Positions 11,842 to 26,705 of a DNA stretch of 64,000 bases are shown here, piece by piece. Position 1 is the first letter of the stretch. Every line of letters begins with the position of its first letter. The stretch lies in contig OZ024746.1 of assembly GCA_964016885.1 (NCBI GenBank), positions 102,424,001 through 102,488,000 of the forward strand. The letters run 5' to 3'. The position numbers and the translations under genes were made by a program. The notes under the pieces are model-generated. The model ran no database searches and was not told the DNA's origin. It was given only the letters and a program-made list of their open reading frames with translations. The DNA comes from Eledone cirrhosa. Its lineage: Eukaryota.

Positions 11842-12582
11842 TATATATATACACATATATATATACACACATATATATCAGTGTACATATATATATACAT
11901 ATATATATATATATAAATGAATATTTATTCAATTTAAAGCGCCAATTATCTATATATAACAAGATATGAATTTTTCTAGGGATGGGGAAATTTTCAGTTT
12001 GTTTTTATATTTTCACTTCATTTTTTACTTTCTATTTAATACAGTCTTTGATCCAATATAATCCTGACAGTATTTGAACCAGTTTACCTCATATATATGT
12101 ATGCACACACAACACTCAAGTTTCGCCATCTACTGCTATTTCATTCATATTTATTGTTTAATTAACTCTGGTCTAATTCATCAACTATTGTTAATTATAT
12201 TATTACGTAGATTTCTTATAAAATCTAGTGCATATATACGTGTATATATACAGGGAGACACTGTAATAGATGTAAAGAGAGTGGGAGATAGAGTTATAGA
12301 AGTAAAGAGAGGGGGAGAAATAAGCGGTAGATAGAGTAATAGATGTAAAGAGAGGGTTAGAACGTTCAACTTGACAGTCAGTACAATGTTCAGCATGGTA
12401 GCCAGTACATATGCCAACTACCCAACCGGCCAGCCAGCCGCATATGCGGTTGACTGGCCAGTTGGGCGGTTGGTATGTGGAACGTTCAACTACGCAGTCA
12501 GTACCAAAGTTCAACATTGTAGCCAGTGCATATGCTGATCGCCGCGCCCTCTTTGCTCTATTTTAATGACCTGGAACTAAGT

Positions 12583-12695
12583 AAAAAGAGTAGGAGATAA
12601 CTCGACAAGAGCGGAGAGGGTGAGATTCGAACCATGTAAAGTCGTTGGCTCCTGAAGTTCGTAAGCGGGGCTGCTACTGACTGAGCAGCGCCGGC
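12583..12695 (-). ncRNA. tRNA-like Pol III unit, copy 3
   Basis: As copy 1. Confidence 0.55.
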
Positions 12696-13690
12696 AGCAA
12701 GGCAAATCGCGCATAAAATAACGCTTATATCGACAAAAAAAAAAAAAAAATTTCAATGTTGCACTCTTGTTTGTTGTTCTTTTATTTTACGTAAACATTT
12801 CGCTGCTCTAGCCTCTTATTTCCTATTAGATTACACTTAATTCCATTAAACATTCATTCTTAGTCTCGTGGTAAACTATTTCATCTATATTTATATCGCT
12901 GTTACAGCCTTTTATTTCTACATCTATCACCTATAGCCACTGTTACGCCGGTAGTATAAGTAGCTTTATAACAAGAAACGATGATATAACTCCACAAAAT
13001 GTCTTCTTGAGCAAGACACTTCACTTCATATTGCTCCAGTACACCGAGTTACACATAGACAGATACATACATACATACACAGATAGAAATGAGAGGTAGA
13101 TAGAGTAAAAGATTTAAAGAGAGTGTGAGAAGTACGAGTTAGATAGTGTAAAAGATTTAAAGAGAGGGTGAGAGTGTGACACACATTTATCTGTCTATCT
13201 CTCTCTATTTTAACACCGGTCGTTATAATTAGTTTTATAACACCGCTATATTACCGACATGAAAGAGGTAAATAATTATTTCTTAAATGTTTAGAACATG
13301 TTTCTCTTGTCTTCTTAAATGTATAGAACATGTTTCTTATTTATATTCTTAACATAGCTAGGACCTTATCTCATTTACTGGTCTCTACTTTTAGGGCTTT
13401 GCTGGTCCCATGTGCCCTCCATGAAGACACACTCGCCCCTTCTCTCTCAGTCTCCGTACTAATTACTACACATACGTATATATATTTATTTTAAGAAACC
13501 TTAATGACAAATAATATAAAGTGTTTGTAAAGTGGGGAAGAGTAGTTTTACGGTGGGGTTGTTATATAGATATCGTTTTTGCAGTGGGGTCGTGACTGGC
13601 GTATAATAATGAGTCACTGTTGATGTATATACAAATCATGTTTTGGATATAAGTGAAGTTATTTAAGAGATTTAGTTGTTTTGTATACAT

Positions 13691-15682
13691 TCATAACGGT
13701 ACGCGATGGGACCCACCCACAGCCCCGGCGGACAGAATGGAGAAGGCGTTTCCCCGGAGCACGGCAAGGGAGACGCGCTGGAAAAGCCACTCCAACTCGC
13801 GGGGCTCACACCTGCGGCTGGCCAGCTCAGCGCCTATGGTGGTGAGTAAGGAGGTAGCCCTGGGGCCGAGGACACCAGAAGTCTCCACTTCCAGGGGTAC
13901 GACCGCAAACCTGTCGGAGAGTGAACGATATGTGAGGAGTTTGGCCCCCTCAGCCTGACGTGCGGCAGAACCTGGGCCAGTCGCTGACTGCACCAGGTTG
14001 CGGCTGCAGAAAGTGTCGGTGCAAGTGGCATCCCAGACGAGTGGTTTGCCACCGCGGAACGGGAAGATGGTCATGCCATCTAGCCTTTTGCCGTCCCCTG
14101 GAGCTGGGAAGGGAAGCCTGCAGCGTCCAAGCCATGCTTAATGACTTTGTTGAGGGCAGCATGGCGTGGATTGCGGCTGGCACTGTGGCGACAGGAAAGC
14201 GGGTGGAGGCCGAAAGAGTCCATGGTGGAACGGCAGCGACATTGGTGTGAGGCCGAGCCTCAGGGAAACGCCGATGCGCAAGCTATTGTTGTCTAGCTGC
14301 GTGCGAGTGGAGAAGGAGGGCAGGGCATGGAGCCAGGCCCCACTGTGGGGTTTGGAGGCTGCACGAAAACAAACAAGGCGGTGCTGGTCGAGCTGGCACG
14401 TGAGCCTGTCTGAGGCCAGGCTGCACTGGATGGCATCCCAAGTGTGTTGGGGGGGACTTGACGTCAACAGGGGGAGAAGGAGGAGGAACGTCTACTGGGC
14501 TAAGTCCCAGCCGGTGCCACGTCTCACAGGCGGCCACGCGTTCTCTGAACACAGAGGGTTCTGTTGTGTTTTGAAGAACCCTGCTGAAGAGGACGTGGTA
14601 CGAGGTTACCGACGAAAGATATGCCGGCAAAGCTAGTGAGATCGGGGACTGGAGGCGAAGGCCGCCATACCTGACAGGTAAAGTTGCATATCTCATCGGC
14701 TGCTGCTCGGATACAAGTTTAGGTGTAGCACAGAGTGTATAGAGGAGCTTCGGCATGGCGTAGCAGTTCCTCAGCAGAAAGAGAACTGGGTGGCCATCAA
14801 TCAAGCCCAGTCGGCTCGTGAGAGTCTGGACTTGATGGAGGAGCGGATGGCCGGCGGGTGGATCGGTGAGGGGGTCACCTGAACCTGGCGGAGAATGGAC
14901 CGCACGTCCAAGACGGAGACTGCAAAGCTTGCAGTATCGAGGCTGACATTCACCACCTCCGACTTGGCTGAGTTGACCTGGAGGTCGATTCCCGCCAGGG
15001 CAGGAACCACCGATTGAAGGTCATGGCAGACCGCCTGTACGGGCCCACCCAAAGTAGCATCATCCAGATACCAAACGTTGAGAGGGGCCGTTATACTCCA
15101 GGCGATGTGGTCAATACCAAGGGTGAACAGGAGGGGTCCCAAAGGGTTGCCCTGTTGGATCCCAGTAGCCAAGGGTATGACCGTATCAGCAGCATGGCGC
15201 ATGCTTGGGGCTCCATATGACAGGTAGGCAGAGGGGGCTCGGCTGAGGCAGGCCTCGAGCAGATGATCCCAGCGTAAAGAGTTGAAGGCATTCCTCATGT
15301 CAAACTTGACAATGAGGTGGCTGGAGTCCCTGGATGCCGGTTCCGAGTGTTACGGACTTGCAGATTACCTTGGCAGCCAGCCTCCGGAAGACATTGCCCA
15401 CAGCAATGGGGCGTATGCCATCCTCTTTCTTCCTGAGAGCGGTGAGGCTGGCCGAAAAAAAGAGGCCTCGAGCATAAGAGTCCAGGGCGCCATGGATAAG
15501 CCTATTGGTGAGCGCCACAATTGCACTCAGAAGGCGGCGCCCGGCCTGAGCGGAGAGGGGAGATATCAACTCCTTGAGGAGGCCTGGTCAGAGACCATCA
15601 ACATCTCCGCAGCTGCTAGCTGGGAAGGACCTGATGGCGGACATGATGTCTGCATCAGAAGCCACAAGGAGCAAGTGTGGAT
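13691..15682 (-). mobile_element. Decayed CRE-clade retrotransposon, copy 3
   Basis: Same fragments; retains the 26-bp segment that completes the zinc knuckle (CRCRSTMDSFGLHPLSC). Confidence 0.88.
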
Positions 15683-17660
15683 TACAATACAAAACCTCTG
15701 AGAATGATTTCTAAGATATTTCACCATAATTAATTTTCATCAATATATATTAATATTATTATTGTTTATTAGGTCAGGTGGATTGGCCAGAACAATTCTA
15801 CTCTTCTTTTTTAGATGTCACGATTTTTCATGGCATTCCTGAGATCATTAATCTCCAGCTGGAGATCCAGAGACATCTGATGTATGTAGGTGAACCTCAG
15901 TCATCCCACTTGGCTCTTACTATGTTTAGGTATCAACCACAGGAGCCAGCTCATCAGGTCATCCTACCCTCAGCAGCAATGTCCAGCATCTATTGATTTC
16001 CGCTCCCTAGTTATTGTGGTAATCTTCGATATCTGGGAATATATTTCTTCTGCTTAAGGGAGTAATAAATATATAGTTTTAAAAAAAACATATATATACA
16101 CACACATATATATATGTTGTCATTTATAAGAGTTCTCTATCAAAAGCCTTTTCTATGTCCAAAGCTAAGTATAGTGGCTTATTTTTCTCTAAGAACCTCT
16201 TTTGTAGTTGTCTCACTAAGAAGAGGGCATCTGTTGCACTTTTCAGCGGCACAAAACCAAACTGCATCTCATACACATACATACATATACATACATACAT
16301 ACATATACACATACATACATACATCATCATCATCATCATCATCATCATTTCGTTTTAAGTCCGCTTTTTCCCTGCTTGCAAATGTGGGACGGGAACTGAT
16401 TCTGGCTTGATTTCTACAGCTGGATGCCCTTCCTAACACCAACCTCATTTACAGTGAGTGCTGAGTGCTTTTTTGCCGTGGCACCTCCACGACCACTTTG
16501 CAGTGGAATGATATGGACCCCAGTCCCTATCATCTCATTTCTACAGCTGAGTAAACTGGAGCAATGTGAAATAAAGTGTCTTGCTCAAGGAAACAACACA
16601 TCACCCGGTCTGAGAATTGAACTCACAACCTTTCGATTGCCAGGCCAATGCTCGAACCACTAAGCCATGTGCCTCCATATACATATACATATACATACAC
16701 ATACATATACATATACATACATATATATACATACATACACATACATAGATATATATATATACATAATATAAATATACATACATACACATACATAAGCATA
16801 TACACATAAGTATATATACATATACACACGTATATATACATATACATACATACATATATACACATACATACATATATACATACATACACACATATACATA
16901 CACATACATACATATACATACATATACACATACATACATATATATATATACGTACACACATATATACATACACACACATATATACAAACACATACATATA
17001 CACATATATACACATACATACACATACATATACATACATATACACATATACACTCATATATACATATACATACATACACACACATACATACATATATACA
17101 TATACATACATAGAGACAAATCCACCTCATGGACGAGAATGCAAGGGCTCCTCCTCTTTGTTTCGGCCGCGGATGGCTAACCCTAACCCCATCCCCGCTC
17201 CCCACCGCTCCCAACCTCCAAACGCAATCCAAAACTTCAGAGTTGGTACCATTAATGTAGGCACCTTATAGGGTGGCTCTAACGAGGTTGTAGAAATGCT
17301 TGAACGTAAGGAGGTCGATGTTTGTTGTATTCAAGAGACCAGGTGGAGGGGTGGGTCTGCTAGATTCATCGTGGGTAAAGAACGATGCTATAAGCTTTTC
17401 TGTGTGGCAAATGACAATGGGCTGGGTATACACATACCACCCCACCACCCCACCGCAAAGTGGTCGTGGAGGCGCCGCGGCAAAAAAGCACCCAGCCCAC
17501 ACTGTAAAGCTGACGTGGAGGTGCCACGGAAAAAAAAAAGCACCCAGCACTCACTGCAAACGGGGTTGGCGTCAGGAAGGGCACCCAGCTGTAGAAACCA
17601 ATCCAGAATCAGCTCCCACCCCACCCTTGCAAGCATGGAAAAGCGGACGTATGATGAAGT

Positions 17661-17709
<49 letters not shown>

Positions 17710-18450
17710 TATATATATACACATATATATATACACACATATATATCAGTGTACATATATATATACATATATATATATATATAAATGAATATTTATTCAA
17801 TTTAAAGCGCCAATTATCTATATATAACAAGATATGAATTTTTCTAGGGATGGGGAAATTTTCAGTTTGTTTTTATATTTTCACTTCATTTTTTACTTTC
17901 TATTTAATACAGTCTTTGATCCAATATAATCCTGACAGTATTTGAACCAGTTTACCTCATATATATGTATGCACACACAACACTCAAGTTTCGCCATCTA
18001 CTGCTATTTCATTCATATTTATTGTTTAATTAACTCTGGTCTAATTCATCAACTATTGTTAATTATATTATTACGTAGATTTCTTATAAAATCTAGTGCA
18101 TATATACGTGTATATATACAGGGAGACACTGTAATAGATGTAAAGAGAGTGGGAGATAGAGTTATAGAAGTAAAGAGAGGGGGAGAAATAAGCGGTAGAT
18201 AGAGTAATAGATGTAAAGAGAGGGTTAGAACGTTCAACTTGACAGTCAGTACAATGTTCAGCATGGTAGCCAGTACATATGCCAACTACCCAACCGGCCA
18301 GCCAGCCGCATATGCGGTTGACTGGCCAGTTGGGCGGTTGGTATGTGGAACGTTCAACTACGCAGTCAGTACCAAAGTTCAACATTGTAGCCAGTGCATA
18401 TGCCGATCGCCGCGCCCTCTTTGCTCTATTTTAATGACCTGGAACTAAGT

Positions 18451-18563
18451 AAAAAGAGTAGGAGATAACTCGACAAGAGCGGAGAGGGTGAGATTCGAAC
18501 CATGTAAAGTCGTTGGCTCCTGAAGTTCGTAAGCGGGGCTGCTACTGACTGAGCAGCGCCGGC
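18451..18563 (-). ncRNA. tRNA-like Pol III unit, copy 4
   Basis: As copy 1. Confidence 0.55.
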
Positions 18564-19557
18564 AGCAAGGCAAATCGCGCATAAAATAACGCTTATATCG
18601 ACAAAAAAATAAAAAAATTTCAATGTTGCACTCTTGTTTGTTGTTCTTTTATTTTACGTAAACATTTCGCTGCTCTAGCCTCTTATTTCCTATTAGATTA
18701 CACTTAATTCCATTAAACATTCATTCTTAGTCTCGTGGTAAACTATTTCATCTATATTTATATCGCTGTTACAGCCTTTTATTTCTACATCTATCACCTA
18801 TAGCCACTGTTACGCCGGTAGTATAAGTAGCTTTATAACAAGAAACGATGATATAACTCCACAAAATGTCTTCTTGAGCAAGACACTTCACTTCATATTG
18901 CTCCAGTACACCGAGTTACACATAGACAGATACATACATACATACACAGATAGAAATGAGAGGTAGATAGAGTAAAAGATTTAAAGAGAGTGTGAGAAGT
19001 ACGAGTTAGATAGTGTAAAAGATTTAAAGAGAGGGTGAGAGTGTGACACACATTTATCTGTCTATCTCTCTCTATTTTAACACCGGTCGTTATAATTAGT
19101 TTTATAACACCGCTATATTACCGACATGAAAGAGGTAAATAATTATTTCTTAAATGTTTAGAACATGTTTCTCTTGTCTTCTTAAATGTATAGAACATGT
19201 TTCTTATTTATATTCTTAACATAGCTAGGACCTTATCTCATTTACTGGTCTCTACTTTTAGGGCTTTGCTGGTCCCATGTGCCCTCCATGAAGACACACT
19301 CGCCCCTTCTCTCTCAGTCTCCGTACTAATTACTACACATACGTATATATATTTATTTTAAGAAACCTTAATGACAAATAATATAAAGTGTTTGTAAAGT
19401 GGGGAAGAGTAGTTTTACGGTGGGGTTGTTATATAGATATCGTTTTTGCAGTGGGGTCGTGACTGGCGTATAATAATGAGTCACTGTTGATGTATATACA
19501 AATCATGTTTTGGATATAAGTGAAGTTATTTAAGAGATTTAGTTGTTTTGTATACAT

Positions 19558-21537
19558 TCATAACGGTACGCGATGGGACCCACCCACAGCCCCGGCGGAC
19601 AGAATGGAGAAGGCGTTTCCCCGGAGCACGGCAAGGGAGACGCGCTGGAAAAGCCACTCCAACTCGCGGGGCTCACACCTGCGGCTGGCCAGCTCAGCGC
19701 CTATGGTGGTGAGTAAGGAGGTAGCCCTGGGGCCGAGGACACCAGAAGTCTCCACTTCCAGGGGTACGACCGCAAACCTGTCGGAGAGTGAACGATATGT
19801 GAGGAGTTTGGCCCCCTCAGCCTGACGTGCAGCAGAACCTGGGCCAGTCGCAGACTGCACCAGGTTGCGGCTGCAGAAAGTGTCGGTGCAAGTGGCATCC
19901 CAGACGAGGGGTTTGCCACCGCGGAACGGGAAGATGGTCATGCCATCTAGCCTTTTGCCGTCCCCTCGAGCTGGGAAGGGAAGCCTGCAGCGTCCAAGCC
20001 ATGCTTAATGACTTCGTTGAGGGCAGCATGGCGTGGATTGCGGGTGGAGGCCGAAAGAGTCCATGGTGGAACGGCAGCGACATTGGTGTGAGGCCGAGCC
20101 TCAGGGAAACGCCGATGCGCAAGCTATTGTTGTCTAGCTGCGTGCGAGTGGAGAAGGAGGGCAGGGCATGGAGCCAGGCCCCACTGTGGGGTTTGGAGGC
20201 TGCACGAAAACAAACAAGGCGGTGCTGGTCGAGCTGGCACGTGAGCCTGTCTGAGGCCAGGCTGCACTGGATGGCATCCCAAGTGTGTTGGGGGGGACTT
20301 GACGTCAACAGGGGGAGAAGGAGGAGGAACGTCTACTGGGCTAAGTCCCAGCCGGTCCCACGTCTCACAGGCGGCCACGCGTTCAATGAACACAGAGGGT
20401 TCTGTTGTGTTTTGAAGAACCCTGCTGAAGAGGACGTGGTACGAGGTTACCGACGAAAGATATGCCGGCAAAGCTAGTGAGATCGGGGACTGGAGGCGAA
20501 GGCCGCCATACCTGACAGGTAAAGTTGCATATCTCATCGGCTGCTGCTCGGATACAAGTTTAGGTGTAGCACAGAGTGTATAGAGGAGCTTCCGCATGGC
20601 GTAGCAGTTCCTCAGCAGAAAGAGAACTGGGTGGCCATCAATCAAGCCCAGTCGGCTCGTGAGAGTCTGGACTTGATGGAGGAGCGGATGGCCGGCGGGT
20701 GGATCGGTGAGGGCATCCTCTTTGGGGGGTCACCTGAACCTGGCGGAGAATGGACCGCACGTCCAAGACGGAGACTGCAAAGCTTGCAGCATCGAGGCTG
20801 ACATTCACCACCTCCGACTTGGCTGAGTTGACCTGGAGGTCGATTCCCGCCAGGGCAGGAACCACCGATTGAAGGTCATGGCAGACCGCCTGTACGGGCC
20901 CACCCAAAGTAGCATCATCCAGATACCAAACGTTGAGAGGGGCCGTTATACTCCAGGCGATGTGGTCAATACCAAGGGTGAACAGGAGGGGTCCCAAAGG
21001 GTTGCCCTGTTGGATCCCAGTAGCCAAGGGTATGACCGTATCAGCAGCATGGCGCATGCTTGGGGCTCCATATGACAGGTAGGCAGAGGGGGCTCGGCTG
21101 AGGCAGGCCTCGAGCAGATGATCCCAGCGTAAAGAGTTGAAGGCATTCCTCATGTCAAACTTGACAATGAGGTGGCTGGAGGCCCTGGATGCCGGTTCCG
21201 AGTGTTACGGACTTGCAGATTACCTTGGCAGCCAGCCTCCGGAAGACATTGCCCACAGCAATGGGGCGTATGCCATCCTCTTTCTTCCTGAGAGCGGTGA
21301 GGCTGGCCGAAAAAAAGAGGCCTCGAGCATAAGAGTCCAGGGCGCCATGGATGAGCCTATTGGTGAGCGCCACAATTGCACTCAGAAGGCGGCGCCCGGC
21401 CTCAGCGGAGAGGGTAGATATCAACTCCTTGAGGAGGCCTGGTCAGAGACCATCAACATCTCCGCAGCTGCTAGCTGGGAAGGACCTGATGGCGGACATG
21501 ATGTCTGCATCAGAAGCCACAACGAGCAAGTGTGGAT
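19558..21537 (-). mobile_element. Decayed CRE-clade retrotransposon, copy 4
   Basis: Same fragments; retains the 14-bp segment after the RT. Confidence 0.88.
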
Positions 21538-22469
21538 TACAATACAAAACCTCTGAGAATGATTTCTAAGATATTTCACCATAATTAATTTTCATCAATA
21601 TATATTAATATTATTATTGTTTATTAGGTCAGGTGGATTGGCCAGAACAATTCTACTCTTCTTTTTTAGATGTCACGATTTTTCATGCCATTCCTGAGAT
21701 CATTAATCTCCAGCTGGAGATCCAGAGACATCTGATGTATGTAGGTGAACCTCAGTCATCCCACTAGGGTCTTACTATGTTTAGGTATCCACCACAGGAG
21801 CCAGCTCATCAGGTCATCCTACCCTCAGCAGCAATGTCCAGCATCTATTGATTTCCGCTCCCTAGTTATTGTGGTAATCTTCGATATCTGGGAATATATT
21901 TCTTCTGCTTAAGGGAGTAATAAATATATAGTTTTAAAAAAAACATATATATACACACACATATATATATGTTGTCATTTATAAGAGTTCTCTATCAAAA
22001 GCCTTCTCTATGTCCAAAGCTAAGTATAGTGGCTTATTTTTCTCTAAGAACCTCTTTTGTAGTTGTCTCACTAAGAAGAGGGCATCTGTTGCACTTTTCA
22101 GCGGCTTAATTAATTAATGAGGTTTAATTAATGAGGAATTTTGAGGTATTTATAACAATTATTAATTATTTCATTACTGAGATATCATTTGAAGGACTTA
22201 CTAATGTTTTTATTTATTAATTATTTTATTAGTAACTTAACATGTGGTTCTTGTATAAAATTATGTTGGAAGATTTTAGGAAGATGCTATGTAGCCGGTC
22301 GCGGTAAAATAGACGCCCAGGCTATGTAGCCGGTAAGAGTGTCAGACTCCATGTGTTGCGGCCCTTTATGGTCTGAGTTAAGACAATTTAAAATCTTTTC
22401 CACCATCAATTGTTAAAAAACAAGTTAAAATCATTTTGTCGTCCATTTGTAACGTACGTTACACTTTAG

Positions 22470-23200
22470 TTACATACACATATACTATGTTACATACACA
22501 CATCTACTGTGTTACATACACACACATCAACTGGGTTGTATACACACACATCTACTGCGTTACATACACATCTACTGTGTTACACACACATCTACTGTGT
22601 TACATACACACACATCTACTGAGTTACATACACACACATCTACTGTGTTACATACACACACATCTTCTGTGTTACATACACACATCTACTATGTTACATA
22701 CACACATCTACTGTGTTACATACACACACCTGTGTTACATACACACACATCTACTGAGTTACATACACACAGATCTACTGTGTTACATACACACACATCT
22801 ACTGTGTTACACACATCTTCTATGTTACATACACACAATCTACTGTGTTACATACACACATCTACTGAGTTACATACACACACATCTACTGAGTTACATA
22901 CACACACATGTACTGTGTTACATACACACATCTACTGTGTTACATACATACACATCTACTGTGTTACATACATACACATCTACTGTTACATACACACATC
23001 TACCGTGTTACACACACACATCTACCGTGTTACACACACACACATCTACCGTGTTACACACACACATCTACCGTGTTACACACACACATCTACTGAGTTA
23101 CATGCAAACACACATCTACTCTGTTACATATACACATCTACTGTGTTACATACACATCTACTGTGATACACACACACACATCTACTCATACATATTCATA
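22470..23200. repeat. ~22-24 bp minisatellite (catctactgtgttacatacacaca)n
   Basis: Direct reading; generates the HTHLLCY and STVLHT pseudo-ORFs. Confidence 0.92.
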
Positions 23201-23982
23201 AATAGACACACATTATACAAATAATTATTACATACACACACATCTCTGTAATAATTCAGGAAGGAAGGGGCTGGTGAAACGCTATAGCAATGTGTGTGTG
23301 TTGTGTACCTTTCAGGTTTACCGGTTTCGTAGCCTATTTGAAGATTTTATTATAATTATGAACCTTATAATTCAATTAATTATGAATAATTTTGATCTAT
23401 TTATCACAATTGTTAGTTAATTACTAACATAGTAACTTACCATATGGTTGTTATATAGAATTTTGTTGGAAGACTTTAATTTAGATAGGAACCATTTCCA
23501 TAGTACGAGAACTAATTTTGGCTGGGTTTCTACCAAAAGGGTTAATGAAGAATTTTGAACAATTTACTAAAATTATTAATTATTTCATTACTAAGATAAT
23601 GTGTGAATACACAATTATATGTGTGTATATATATATAAACAGTATATATATATATAGTATATATATATATAAACAGTATATATATATATAGTATACAAAA
23701 GATGTAGTGGGATAGTGTGTAGTCTTAAGACAAGTCTGTCCAGATAGCTGCGCTGTAACTTACACTTATTGGGACTGTGTGTTGGCAAGCAGGCCTGTAT
23801 TTTGGGATCTAGCTGGTCCATTATGAGGGAGGTCTGGTTAGTTGGCAGCACCATGCCTTACTTGTGGTATATGTATGTATAGAAATAAGTTATTGTATAT
23901 GCATAACTGTCCATCTATATGTATACATGTATGTTTACTTATATCTTTGCATACATATATACATTTTCAGATGTATACACGT

Positions 23983-25527
23983 AATGGTCACCCGGATAGT
24001 AAACCAAGTCATACAGAATGGGGTTGTTCTGAAGGACTGGCGTAGCAGCATCATCATTAACTGTTACAAGGGTAAAGGAGATGCCCTAGATAGGAGTAAC
24101 TATAGAGGCATTAAATTAATCGACCAGGTCATGAAGGTCACGGAAAAAGTAATAGCGCAACTAATCAGAGAGAGAATTGATCTAGATGAAATGCAGTTCG
24201 GGTTTGTGTCAGGTAAAAGTACCACAGACGCTCTTTTCATTGTACGACAACTACAGGAGAAGTACCTAGTTAAAAGTAAACCCCTATACTTAGCTTTTGT
24301 TGACTTGGAGAAAGCCTTCGACAGAGTCCCCCGTTCCATTATCTGGTGGGCTCTTAGAAAACTAGGTGTTGAGGAATGGCTTGTGAGAGCTATACGAGCC
24401 ATGTATAAAGAAACAGTCAGCAAGGTTAGAATTAACAACGAATATAGTGAAGAGTTTAGCGTAAAAGTTGGTGTTCATCAGGGCTCCGTCCTTAGCCCCC
24501 TACTATTTATTATTGCCCTTCAGGCTATAACAGTGGAGTTCAAGACCGGCTGCCCATGGGAACTCCTATACGCAGATGATCTAACGCTCATAGCTGAATC
24601 AATGGCCGAGCTAGAGAAGAAATTCCAAACATGGAAGCAAGGCCTAGAATCAGAAGGCCTTAAAATTAACCTGGCTAAGACTAAAGTTCTAGTTTGTAGG
24701 AAAGAAAATAAGGCGCCGGTCCCTTCCGGGAAATGGCCATGCTCAGTGTGTAGGAAAGGCATAGGTAGAAACTCCATTTTATGTCCCAAATGCAAAGTAT
24801 GGGTTCATAAAAGATGTAGTGGGATCACAGGTAAGCTAACTAAGAACATAGATTTTACATGTGGCCGGTGCTCTGGTGCAATAAGTAGCAGCAAGTGCCC
24901 ACAAAATACTAGCTCTTTCAATTGCGCAGAGGGTTCTATAGAAATAGTGGACAGCTTCCGTTACCTGGGTGACAAAATCAGCAGTGGGGGAGGGTGCTCT
25001 GAAAGTACAGTAGCTAGAGTCAGAACTGGATGGAAAAAGTTCAGAGAGCTTATACCACTATTAGCCGCTAAAGGGTTCTCCCTAAAAATGAAAGGCAGGT
25101 TGTATGATGCCTGCATATGAACAGCAATGTTGCATGGCAGTGAGACCTGGGCATTGTGTGCAGAGGATATACGCAGACTAGAGAGGAACGAAGCTTGCAT
25201 GCTTCGCTGGATGTGTAATAGTAATATATGTGAACGGCAAAGCATAAACGAACTAAGGGAAAAATTAGAAATAAGAGGGATCAGATGTTGTGTACTCGAG
25301 AGAAGACTACGTTGGTATGGTCCACGTGATGCGGATGAAAGACGACAGCTGTATAAAAAAAATGCAGGGCAATAAAGATAGACGGTAGCCACGGAGTAGG
25401 CAGACCCAGAAAAACCTGGGACGACTTGATAAATTCCGACCTCACACACTTACACCTCTCCAAGACAATGTCACTGGACCGAGATCTTTGGCGGTACTCA
25501 GTAATAGAGAAGACCCGCCTTACCTAG
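23983..25527 (+). mobile_element. RTE-clade LINE, 5'-truncated, RT with embedded C4HC3 finger
   Basis: ORF 23864-25120: YKGKGD, NYRGIKL, QFGF, VDLEKAFDRVPR, GVHQGSVLSPLLF, LYADDL, FRYLG. Continues after a stop as MLHGSETW...RRLRWYG...GRPRKTW. Confidence 0.93.
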
Positions 25528-25689
25528 ATACAAAGTAAAACCTACTACAGTCAGTAGGCACCTCTAACAAAATACACCCCCACCCCATCCACACCGCCCC
25601 TTTCAATGTAAAGTTATGTTGGTGCCACAACATCCAGGCCGAAACAAATGAGGTCGTGTAGGTGTCACGACAAAAAAAAAAACACAGTC

Positions 25690-25885
25690 CACGCAGTAAT
25701 GTGGCCGTGTAGGTAACACGGTAAAAACCTCCCAGTCCCACACTGTAAATGCGGTTGGTGTTAGGAAGGGCATCCAGCTGTAGAAAACCCGCCAGACAGT
25801 CCTATGCGAGCAAGACAACCACTCTTGCCTCAAGTGGGAAAATTCCCGTCCAAGCCCATGCAAGCGTGGAATATGGACGTTAAAC

Positions 25886-25918
<33 letters not shown>
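25690..25918 (+). mobile_element. SINE 3' part with (TGA)n tail
   Basis: ggttggtgttaggaagggcatccagctgtagaaa...cccatgcaagcgtggaatatggacgttaaacgatgatgat. Confidence 0.75.
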
Positions 25919-25950
<32 letters not shown>

Positions 25951-26042
25951 CTTTGACATTTCTTAGAAAAAAAATGAAAAAGTTTTGTGAGAACCCCAAT
26001 GTTTATTTATTTTATTTTATTTTTAAATAAAATTAATAACAT

Positions 26043-26680
26043 TAATTTTATTTTGAAATTAGGTTTATAAATATTAATTATCAGCAGACCTTTGTAGCAG
26101 TCTTGGCGGCTTAGTGGGAAGTACCAGAGATGGTGAGGTCCTTGTCTGTAGGTTCAATCCTGGTCTGGGAGTTCAATCATTGCTGTAATGTGTCCTGTTA
26201 ATCTTTTTTTAAATTTTCCTCAGAAAAAACTGAAAATCTTTGGTGAGAACCCCAATGTCTATTTATCTAATATAATTTAATTTATTTTATTTTATTTTAC
26301 TTTAGTTAAATTGTCAAAACCACTGGTGATCTAAAGTTAGAGGAGACAGATAAAATAGACATATTGTCTCCTCAACCTTTAGATCTTCAGTGTTTTCGAC
26401 AATTTAACTAAAATAAAAAATTAAATTCAATATAATTAAATAAATAGGGGTTCTCTTTTTCAAAGAGATATAGAAAGAAAATTATAAAAGATTAACATGA
26501 CACCTTACATGTATCTCATGGACCAGGATTGAACCTGAGTCCCCAATTCAACCCTCAGACCAGGATTGAACACCCAGAACAGGATCTCACCATCTCTGGT
26601 ACTTCCCACTAAGCTACCGAGACTGATACAAAGATGTACTGAAATTTAATATTTATAAACCTACTTTCAAAATAAAATTA
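26043..26680. repeat. ~640-bp foldback (inverted repeat) with a tRNA-like head in each arm
   Basis: Arms 26043-26348 and 26365-26680 around a 16-nt spacer, e.g. gcttagtgggaagtaccagagatggtgag / ctcaccatctctggtacttcccactaagc. Confidence 0.85.
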
Positions 26681-26705
26681 AAAATAAAATATATATATAT
26701 ATATA

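Noticed and set aside
22436-23224. His/Cys-rich 262-aa repeat protein
   Set aside because: Translation of the minisatellite; no coding signal
23480-23545. Spliced-leader or snRNA (Sm-like AATTTTGG)
   Set aside because: Single occurrence outside the repeat unit, with no convincing donor site or stem-loops; no SL RNA, 5S or U snRNA recognised in the unit
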